Made by a program: the position numbers and the translations under genes | Notes under the pieces: generated by a model | What the model was told of the DNA's origin: nothing | The model's input: only the letters and a program-made list of their open reading frames with translations | Databases searched by the model: none | Assembly (NCBI GenBank): GCA_035296445.1 | Contig: DATHAZ010000149.1 | Location: forward strand, 48,331 to 72,330 | Reading direction: 5' to 3' | Length of the DNA stretch: 24,000 nucleotides | From: Pyrinomonadaceae bacterium | Lineage (GTDB): Bacteria > Acidobacteriota > Blastocatellia > Pyrinomonadales > Pyrinomonadaceae | Shown: one piece after another, positions 16,054-22,639 of the stretch | How positions within the stretch are numbered: position 1 is the first letter of the stretch | How the letters are laid out: the number at the start of each line of letters is the position of its first letter

Positions 16054-16793
16054 GCGGGAAAACCATCGTCGTCACGGGCGCGGCGGGCGGTATCGGGCGC
16101 GCGATTGCGCTGGCGTGCGCGAGAGAAGGCGCGAGCGTGGGCGTCAACTATTTGACGAACTGCGCCGGGGCGGAAAAACTCGTTGACGAATTGAACCGTG
16201 CCTCCGAAGGCCGCGCCTTCGCCTTGCGGTTCGACGTGCGGAAACCCGACTCGATCACCGCCGCGTGTCTCCCGCTGCTCGAAGAGGTCAAGCGCGTAGA
16301 CGGGTGGGTCAATAACGCCGGCGTTAACTTACCGGGCTTATTGATGTCCCAAACCGAAGAGATGATCGAAGAACAGATCGCGGTCAACATCAAAGGCGCG
16401 ATCTACTGTAGCCGTTTCATCCTGCCCTACATGGTGCGGCAGCGGCGCGGCGCTCTGATCAACATCGGGTCGGTGGTCAGCATGCGACCCTCGCCGGGGC
16501 AGGCTGTCTACGCAGCCACGAAAGGCGCGCTCGCCGCGTTGACACGCGCTCTGGCCGCGGAGTACGGACGGAAGGGCATACGCGTCAACTGCGTGGAGCC
16601 CGGCCCCGTCGAAACGAAGATGTTCGGGGGCACGCGGCAACTGGCGGGCGATGAGGTAAAAAATCGAATCCCGTTACGGAAATTTGGCGCGCCCGGAGAG
16701 GTGGCCGAGTTGGTGGCCTTCCTGCTCTCGGAACGCGCCTCCTTCATCACAGGCGGCGTCTTCGCGGCCGACGGCGGTTACTCCGTCGGGTGA
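16047..16793 (+). CDS. 3-oxoacyl-ACP reductase-like SDR (FabG-type), SDR no. 3
   Basis: The ATG overlaps the KS stop (ATGTTGA). IVVTGAAGGIGRAI, NNAG, YAATKGALAALTRALA, IRVNCVEPGPV. Confidence 0.9.
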   Translation: MLSGKTIVVTGAAGGIGRAIALACAREGASVGVNYLTNCAGAEKLVDELNRASEGRAFALRFDVRKPDSITAACLPLLEEVKRVDGWVNNAGVNLPGLLMSQTEEMIEEQIAVNIKGAIYCSRFILPYMVRQRRGALINIGSVVSMRPSPGQAVYAATKGALAALTRALAAEYGRKGIRVNCVEPGPVETKMFGGTRQLAGDEVKNRIPLRKFGAPGEVAELVAFLLSERASFITGGVFAADGGYSVG

Positions 16794-16836
16794 CTGTGGG
16801 AGTTCAGAGACGACGGGTAGAAAGAGACCACAGGCA

Positions 16837-17256
16837 ATGATTGAAAGAGATGAAATCTTCCGCGTCGTGCGCGGCTGCGTCGGCAAAAGCCTTGAGATTG
16901 ACGAAGAGGATGTGAAACTCGATTCACGCCTGATCAGCGAACTGGGGGCGGACTCCCTCGACTTTCTCGACATCGTCTTCAGGCTCGAAGAGAGTTTTGG
17001 GCTTAAGCTGCGCAACGCCGAACTGGATGTGCTGACCCGTGCGGAATTCACCGGCGCAACGAACGAGGACGGTTACATCCCGGCCGAAACCGTGGCGCAA
17101 TTTCGTCAATGGCTGCCCGCGCTCAGACTCGCGGAGCGCGACGACCGCATCAGCCCGCGTGACATCTACTCTTACATCACGACGGAGACGCTGGTGATCC
17201 TGATTGAACGGAAACTCGCCGAATCGGGCGGCGTTCAGAGTTCAACCGACCAGTAA
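16837..17256 (+). CDS. Acyl carrier protein with ~60-aa C-terminal extension
   Basis: Phosphopantetheine attachment motif LGADSLDFLDIVFRLEE. The protein is 139 aa from ATG 16837, whereas canonical ACPs are about 80 aa. Confidence 0.8.
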   Translation: MIERDEIFRVVRGCVGKSLEIDEEDVKLDSRLISELGADSLDFLDIVFRLEESFGLKLRNAELDVLTRAEFTGATNEDGYIPAETVAQFRQWLPALRLAERDDRISPRDIYSYITTETLVILIERKLAESGGVQSSTDQ

Positions 17257-18222
17257 GACTTTACCGCGCCGTCCGGGTCTTTCCGCATGCCGCACGGCTT
17301 CGACGACCTCCTTCAGTTCGTACTCGGCCTCGACCGGCGGCACGACCCTGCCGTTTGCCATGAGACCCAGTAGTTCGCCCCCGATCTTTCTCTGTTCCTC
17401 TACGGGCGTCCTCCTGAACCAATCGTCGAGCCAGAAACCACGGATGCTGGTGGAGCGGAAAATCATCCTCCCGGTATTGAGCGGCATGTGTTCCAACGAG
17501 AGTAAGCCATAAACCAGCATCGTCCCTCCCCGGCCGAGGACGCTCGCGACTTTGCCGCCGACCTTCCCGCCGACGGCGTCAATGGCCGCGCGCACGCCGG
17601 CTTGATTAGTGATGGACATCACCCGCTCAACTAACGATTCGTCCTCCGTGCAAATGACCTCATCCGCACCCAACTCTTTGAGTTCCTCGACCTGTTCGCG
17701 GCGGCGCACGACGTTAATCGTCTTGAAGCCGCGCAGCGCGGAGAGTTGCAGCACGATGCGCCCCAAAGTCGAGCCGGCCGCGGTTTGCAGCAGCCAATCT
17801 CCGGGACGCAACGCCAACTCCTCGGTCGTCATCACCCATGCCGTGAGAGGATTGACAACGAATTGCGCGGCGGTTGAATCGTTAATCGCGTCCGGGCACA
17901 AAATGACTTTGTTGCTCTGCGCGAGGAGGTATTCCTGCCAGGTGCCCGCAACGCCGATGGGAATCACCCGTTGACCGACGTGAAACTCTTCCACATCCGC
18001 CCCGATCTCCTCGATCACCCCGACTCCTTCGACTCCGGGCGAAGCAGGCAGCCTCGGCAGGACACCGTAAAGGCCGCGCACCGTTAACAGGTCGGAAGGG
18101 TTAACGGCACGCGCCCTCATGCGTATCAGCATCTGCCCCCGTCCTGACTCCGGCACGGGCAACTCCTCGATCTTTAATACTTCCGCCGGTTCCCCGAATT
18201 TATCAAACCTCACGCTCCGCAT
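17242..18222 (-). CDS. MDR-family enoyl reductase, MECR/Etr1-like (NADPH:quinone-oxidoreductase superfamily)
   Basis: N-terminal VNPSDLLTVRGLYGVLPRLPASPGVEGVGVIEEIG resembles the 2-enoyl-thioester reductase (MECR/Etr1) signature. Nucleotide-binding AAGSTLGRIVLQL. Its 3' end overlaps the ACP 3' end by 15 nt in convergent orientation. Confidence 0.75.
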   Translation of the reverse strand: MRSVRFDKFGEPAEVLKIEELPVPESGRGQMLIRMRARAVNPSDLLTVRGLYGVLPRLPASPGVEGVGVIEEIGADVEEFHVGQRVIPIGVAGTWQEYLLAQSNKVILCPDAINDSTAAQFVVNPLTAWVMTTEELALRPGDWLLQTAAGSTLGRIVLQLSALRGFKTINVVRRREQVEELKELGADEVICTEDESLVERVMSITNQAGVRAAIDAVGGKVGGKVASVLGRGGTMLVYGLLSLEHMPLNTGRMIFRSTSIRGFWLDDWFRRTPVEEQRKIGGELLGLMANGRVVPPVEAEYELKEVVEAVRHAERPGRRGKVLLVG

Positions 18223-18255
18223 TGTTAAGCTCCTTCGCCCACAGGTATTGATCGG

Positions 18256-18618
18256 CTACTGAGTTTCAGCACTCTTTCCGTGCGCATTCGACAAAAGGCA
18301 TGCGCCGTGAAACCTCAGCACGTCGAAACGCAGTTCTTCTCCCACTCTCACGGCGCGCATCTCCAGCGTGCCCGCGCCGCGCGAACCCGACAGGCGAACG
18401 CGCAGGGAAGCCCGCCTCCCGCCTCCTCTCACCCCTCCGCTCACGAAGAAACCTGCCCGCACAGGCTCGCCGATCAGCGCGACGACCTCCGGGGAACGAC
18501 TCGCAATCTCCACCCCTGCGCGGTAAGCCGCACTCGATCTCAGGGACAGCATGATCGAGAAGGTGAGAATGGCCGCGAAGGCGACGGAGGCGGCAATAAC
18601 GAGTAGCGCAATTATCAT
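18256..18618 (-). CDS. Coa1-like (cytochrome oxidase assembly factor 1 family) small membrane-anchored protein
   Basis: N-terminal TM helix IIALLVIAASVAFAAILTFSIML, then the pattern SxAY..A......PEVV.LIGEPV.AGFFVSG....G...A.L.V.LSGS.GAGTL typical of bacterial Coa1-domain proteins. Competing shadow ORFs exist in this GC-rich stretch. Confidence 0.5.
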   Translation of the reverse strand: MIIALLVIAASVAFAAILTFSIMLSLRSSAAYRAGVEIASRSPEVVALIGEPVRAGFFVSGGVRGGGRRASLRVRLSGSRGAGTLEMRAVRVGEELRFDVLRFHGACLLSNAHGKSAETQ

Positions 18619-18754
18619 ACTTGCATTCCCGGATTATGAAGCCTTGGACGTGAAACCGCCTGACGCCCGACACCCACGCCGCGGCGAAAACGTACCTGAG
18701 AGACTTCGTGGCGGGGCTTCGCGCACGTGCCGTTGTTAGCCCGCGCCGTTGCCG

Positions 18755-19024
18755 CTAACTGACCCGTCGCGCCGCTAAAACCACCCTGTCCGATTCCATG
18801 AAGCTTCGTATCTCTTCACCGGAGAAGCCCCACTTCTCCTCATCATTCCCATACTGTTCCGATAGAAAACTCAACAACTCCTCCAGCGAAAATGGCCCGA
18901 CGGAGGTCATGTAGCTTTCATACTCATCCTGAATCTCTCGCCAATCGGAATATCGCTTCCTGGAAAGAAGCATCCCGTCTGGCCTCAGATAGATGAGGTG
19001 GATGGGGGAGGTTGGACGGCTCAT
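18755..19024 (-). CDS. Hypothetical acidic cytoplasmic protein
   Basis: 89-aa ORF with no recognisable motif. Codon usage looks coding, and there is no better competing frame. Confidence 0.4.
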   Translation of the reverse strand: MSRPTSPIHLIYLRPDGMLLSRKRYSDWREIQDEYESYMTSVGPFSLEELLSFLSEQYGNDEEKWGFSGEEIRSFMESDRVVLAARRVS

Positions 19025-19099
19025 GACATTCGCGCCAAATTCAGTTCTTATCTTTAATCGTTCAGAGGATCGGCGCCGTAAGGGTGCCCGTGCAAAAGA

Positions 19100-19603
19100 T
19101 TATGAATTGCTCGTTATCTCCCATTCCCACACGCGCCCGTCCTCGGGGTCGAAGACCTCTCCCGCGAAACCCATGCCGACCTTCTTCAACACCCTCGTCG
19201 AGGCGTTAGGCTCGGGAAGCGTGCGGGCGGTGATCCGCCTGACCTCGGGCGAACGTCTCGCCGCCTCGATGAGTTTGCCCGCCATCGCCGTGGCATACCC
19301 TTGCCCCTCGTATTCAGGGAAGGTGAAGTAAGCGATCTCGACGGTGGCTGCTACCGCCGGAGGCGATTTGAAACCGCAGGTGCCGATCACCGTCCGCGAG
19401 TCGTCATCAACGGCGAGGTGGCCGCCCCACGGCGATTCGTCGCTTCCGCCGTCAACGTTGGTTAGGGTTTGCTCTACGACCTGGCGCACCAGATCGGCCG
19501 CAGCCCCGAGGTTGGCATCGTAATGCGCCTCGAAGTGTCTGGGATCATTCTCAAGAGTTTCCCTGAGCGCGCTCGTAATCTTGACGAGTCTGATGCTTTT
19601 CAT
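19100..19603 (-). CDS. GNAT-family N-acetyltransferase (RimJ/RimL-like)
   Basis: Acetyl-CoA binding region EYEGQGYATAMAGKLIEAARR, and C-terminal N..S.RVLKKVGMGFAGEV typical of the Acetyltransf_3 type. Confidence 0.8.
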   Translation of the reverse strand: MKSIRLVKITSALRETLENDPRHFEAHYDANLGAAADLVRQVVEQTLTNVDGGSDESPWGGHLAVDDDSRTVIGTCGFKSPPAVAATVEIAYFTFPEYEGQGYATAMAGKLIEAARRSPEVRRITARTLPEPNASTRVLKKVGMGFAGEVFDPEDGRVWEWEITSNS

Positions 19604-19744
19604 ACTATCTCCGGGAGTCGCTCAAGGGTTCGAGCTTGAAGAGTGTCGCCCCTGATGAGCTTCATCCGTGCCGATTGAATTGTTCAACTTTAAACGCCAT
19701 GCTCCAGCCCACCCTGCGACGACTCGCGCCTTTGCCGCCGGTGG

Positions 19745-20131
19745 CTATTTCTGCCTCTTGAAATACAGAGCGTTAGTCGCCCCCGGCCTCACGTCGAGTT
19801 GCCCCTGCCCGACCATCTCCCAGCCCTCTGCGCCGAGTCTGGTGATGGCTTTCGCCATGGAGGCTCCGTGCCCGTCGGTCGCGGAGGATTGCACGTCCAC
19901 TACCTGAGCGCCTGTGTCGCGGAAATAGATGATCCAGTAGCCTTCACGGCTCGCGTTAACGTAAGCCGCCTTAGACAGCGCGCAGTACTCCCACTGCTGG
20001 CGACTGCTCGGCTCATCGGCCTGCCGCGCCAGAACAGGGGTCGCGCTCTGGAGTTTGCTTGAGATTGCCCCGCCCAGTGCCGAACCGACAAGAATCAATG
20101 GAATAATCAGCAGGTGCGGCTTCTTGCTCAT
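19745..20131 (-). CDS. Secreted/anchored DUF4177-like protein
   Basis: N-terminal hydrophobic leader LLIIPLILVGSALGGAI. QWEYC...LGAEGWEMV...ALYFKR matches the DUF4177 pattern. Confidence 0.5.
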   Translation of the reverse strand: MSKKPHLLIIPLILVGSALGGAISSKLQSATPVLARQADEPSSRQQWEYCALSKAAYVNASREGYWIIYFRDTGAQVVDVQSSATDGHGASMAKAITRLGAEGWEMVGQGQLDVRPGATNALYFKRQK

Positions 20132-20560
20132 ACAAAACTCCTCTCCAATTCGGACACACGTGCCCGGAAGTCTGTCTATCTCTTAACGCGAAATTCCCGG
20201 CGGGAATGGATCAGATGATTCCATGGATCACGCGGCTCTTTGGCTCGACACCGCAGCCTTAATTACGGCATTAACATAGTTGACTCACCCGGCGCATATA
20301 TGACAAGTCGAACTTACTAGGGGGCGATGACCTCCGAGTGTCGGGTAAGGCTATTTGTCAGACCAGACCTCTCCGGCTTGTCCTGCGCGGCGTTAAAGGG
20401 CAGAGCGCTAACAGTGTGGCATGCTAAGCTATGAGCGGTTTTTGACACGCATTCCAGCGCGTTATGCCGAACTTGTCGGCTTTGCCTCTCCATCACATGG
20501 TCAGGCCGAATCATTCGGCACAATATGCGTTAGATGCTTACCTCAAGGAGAATGGTAGAT

Positions 20561-20785
20561 ATGTCTCAACCTCACCTTTTACCTTTTAGTGTATGGTGTC
20601 CGCTGTGCAAGAAGCATGTGAAACTTTTACGAGTCGCGCACGCCGCCAAATTTATTGACGTACATAGTCGAACCGTTTACCGGTATATCGACGAGGGATT
20701 AATTCACGCAGTAAAAGTTGTAGGCAAGACGTATCGCGTTTGTGGAGATTGTCTCTTACGGCAGAGAGACCCAAATAACGAGTGA
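20561..20785 (+). CDS. Excisionase-family helix-turn-helix DNA-binding protein flanked by CxxC pairs
   Basis: AAGGAG at 20545-20550. HTH core AAKFIDVHSRTVYRYIDEGLIHAVKVVGKTYRV (AlpA/Xis/MerR-like HTH_17 pattern) bracketed by CPLC and CGDC. ATG 20534 is an alternative start. Confidence 0.6.
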   Translation: MSQPHLLPFSVWCPLCKKHVKLLRVAHAAKFIDVHSRTVYRYIDEGLIHAVKVVGKTYRVCGDCLLRQRDPNNE

Positions 20786-20887
20786 CAAATGTGACATTCT
20801 GTATTGAAGGAATCGCTGAACCGCTTTACAGTGTGCCACCATCCGCCTCAATTTGTAACGCTCAACGCCATAAGGAGGAAAGTTCAA

Positions 20888-21535
20888 ATGGCTAAACTAC
20901 TCGCTTCAAAGCGCAAATCAATTTTAGTCGTATGCTGCTTTGTGTTTTTGCTCTCAACGGTCGCACTTGCCTTGAGCGTAAGAACCCGCAGTCAACTCAC
21001 AAAGGACACCGCCCGCAAAGAAAAGAGTGAATCACTCAAACAAATCGAGGTGTCGCCGGAGCATTCACTAAGGGTTCTCGGAAATGACGACTGTCCTCTG
21101 AGAATTGTTGAAGCAAAGGCAAAAGAAGTTTCCGGCGCTCTTTTTACAAAGCTTACAGGGAAGACGACTAACCTCAAGGTCGTTCCCAGTGTGCCGGAAG
21201 TCAGGTTGGTAAATACTTCGGGGCAAACGATAAAAAAATTCTTCTTGTTTGTCAGAAGCCCGGAAGATCAGTTTACTCGCGGCGTGGGTAGGAAGGTTGA
21301 AATTAAACCTGGAGAATCTTACACCGTAGAGCGTGTGCATTTCGCTGCCCCCGAAAAAATAGCGACAGCGGTGGGAAATGCCCAACTTCGTGAAACGTTG
21401 GCTGCACCGGGAATGGATTCTGAAAAGATGTGGCTGAGCAAAGGGGTGCGGTCGAATTTATATGTAACTGTCGTCAAGGTTGAGTTTGAAGATGGAAGTA
21501 GCTGGACTCTTCAAGAGGGAGGGGATGTGCGATGA
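20888..21535 (+). CDS. N-terminally membrane-anchored protein with beta-rich ectodomain (unknown function)
   Basis: AAGGAGG RBS at 20872-20878, 9 nt before the ATG. Anchor SILVVCCFVFLLSTVALAL. The stop overlaps the start of the next ORF (ATGA at 21532-21535). Confidence 0.6.
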   Translation: MAKLLASKRKSILVVCCFVFLLSTVALALSVRTRSQLTKDTARKEKSESLKQIEVSPEHSLRVLGNDDCPLRIVEAKAKEVSGALFTKLTGKTTNLKVVPSVPEVRLVNTSGQTIKKFFLFVRSPEDQFTRGVGRKVEIKPGESYTVERVHFAAPEKIATAVGNAQLRETLAAPGMDSEKMWLSKGVRSNLYVTVVKVEFEDGSSWTLQEGGDVR

Positions 21536-21735
21536 AAAAGACGATAATCAGATTGACCTTAGTGCTTTTGCTGGCCGTAAGCAGTTTTGGGATTGTGGGT
21601 ACAAGAAATGCTTCCGCAACATGCTATTGTTCTTGTTCACCATATGGTCAAGGACAATGTGCTTTTGCGTGTGAAGGTGATTGTAGCGTCAGGCAAGTGA
21701 TTGATCTGGTCGCTCAATGCTGTAATTCACAGTAA
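21532..21735 (+). CDS. Small secreted Cys-rich peptide (8 Cys in a ~38-aa mature part)
   Basis: Sec-type signal MKKTIIRLTLVLLLAVSSFGIVGTRNASA (AxA cleavage site), then TCYCSCSPYGQGQCAFACEGDCSVRQVIDLVAQCCNSQ. It is translationally coupled to the upstream gene and followed by a very strong hairpin. Confidence 0.6.
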   Translation: MKKTIIRLTLVLLLAVSSFGIVGTRNASATCYCSCSPYGQGQCAFACEGDCSVRQVIDLVAQCCNSQ

Positions 21736-21809
21736 ATTAGGTTCGGAAGGAGTCTGAATATAAATCACTGTGCAGCACGGTAGATTTAATAGACTTCAGG
21801 AATCAGAAG

Positions 21810-21865
21810 AAAATACAGGCAGGAACTGATTCAATATTTATTGAATCAGTTCCTGCCTGTATTTT
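21810..21865 (+). terminator. 27-bp perfect inverted repeat (bidirectional terminator-like hairpin)
   Basis: aaaatacaggcaggaactgattcaata (21810-21836) and its exact reverse complement (21839-21865), 2-nt spacer. An A-tract on the 5' side and a T-tract on the 3' side are part of the arms. Confidence 0.55.
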
Positions 21866-21936
21866 GAGAAGCCCAATGTCGTGGGAATCGCCCAAACTCT
21901 TTGGATGAACCGAGTCGCCTTTATTTACGACGCCGC

Positions 21937-22029
21937 ATCTAACAACAGCATGCACCCGACCGCGAGGAGGTAGTTTTCATCCGCATTGGGTGAGCCAACT
22001 ATATAATTGCCAAATTAGCGTTGGGCGGC
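21937..22029 (+). repeat. attC-like element / shared-motif copy A
   Basis: ATCTAAC (fits RYYYAAC) at 21937-21943, followed by AACAACAGCATGCACCCGACCGCGA. GTTGGGC (fits GTTRRRY) at 22020-22026. Flanks GCCGC (21932-21936) and GCGGC (22025-29) are complementary. Internal L-box pairing is weak. Confidence 0.35.
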
Positions 22030-22106
22030 TATCGTCGAATCCGACGTGGTGATAGACAAACCGTTTAAGTTAGAGCATCATTCGCAAAAGATAAGGAGGC
22101 GTGCTA

Positions 22107-22469
22107 ATGCGAAGTGTTCTACAAGATAAAAGCCTGACGAACAACATCGCCATGAGCCTGAAATGGGCGGCACTCATCGGCCTTATCCTCGTGCTGCCAT
22201 TCGCGATCCTCGAATCCGTGAATCAGACCATAAACAGGCAGAATGCCCCCGGCCTAATCCTGTTATTCGGCCTGTTGTGGCTCTTGCCGACGGCATTCAT
22301 CGTCGCGCTTATGCCGATAGTGCGAACCGTGCGAGCGGGAAACAACGTCACGGCGAGTCCCATCAATCTCTTGCTCAGAATCGCTCTTTTGGCTCTCATC
22401 GCAACGACGTGGGGGGGCTTGCTTATTGATCAGCTTCCTTGTTTCATGGGCGTCCCGAACTGCGATTAG
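22107..22469 (+). CDS. Small three-TM membrane protein (unknown function)
   Basis: AAGGAGG at 22093-22099, 7 nt before ATG 22107. Hydrophobic segments WAALIGLILVLPFAIL, LILLFGLLWLLPTAFIVALMPIV, LLLRIALLALIATTWGGLLI. C-terminal CFMGVPNC. Confidence 0.6.
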   Translation: MRSVLQDKSLTNNIAMSLKWAALIGLILVLPFAILESVNQTINRQNAPGLILLFGLLWLLPTAFIVALMPIVRTVRAGNNVTASPINLLLRIALLALIATTWGGLLIDQLPCFMGVPNCD

Positions 22470-22532
22470 ATGGCTTTACATGACGCGCCATGATATTCAT
22501 CAGATTAAGCATGCAATTACCTCAACCGCGAC

Positions 22533-22578
22533 GGGTAACAACGCCATGCAGCCGACCACGAATCAGCGTTGATTTCAT
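22533..22578 (+). repeat. attC-like element / shared-motif copy B
   Basis: GGGTAAC followed by AACAACGCCATGCAGCCGACCACGA, which is 21/25 identical to copy A (21941-21965). Short bulged hairpin 22537-22544 / 22566-22574. Both copies are followed by a TTTCAT string. Confidence 0.35.
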
Positions 22579-22639
22579 GTGCGAGACATATGCTCGCGAG
22601 CGTATCCTCAAAAAATTAAGATGCTGAAGGTAAATTATT

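Noticed and set aside
18755-19603. GNAT plus adjacent small ORF as a GNAT-type toxin-antitoxin pair
   Set aside because: The small ORF lies downstream, not upstream, of the GNAT gene and is separated by 75 nt. It has no RHH or DUF1778-like features, and the GNAT looks like an ordinary RimJ/L-type acetyltransferase.
20132-20533. Searched the 400-bp gap for a tRNA, tmRNA, SRP RNA or RNase P RNA as an island integration target, and assessed the 68-aa minus ORF 20317-20523
   Set aside because: On either strand there is no GTTCRANYC T-loop with a matching stem, no acceptor/CCA architecture and no conserved RNase P or SRP boxes. The ORF has no motif or RBS.
22522-22578. Minus-strand mini-ORF MKSTLIRGRLHGVVTRRG inside motif copy B, whose first 15 residues resemble the N-terminus of aspartate decarboxylase PanD
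   Set aside because: It is only 18 codons, copy A is frameshifted relative to it, and no further PanD-like sequence follows. This is most likely a chance resemblance within a repeat element.
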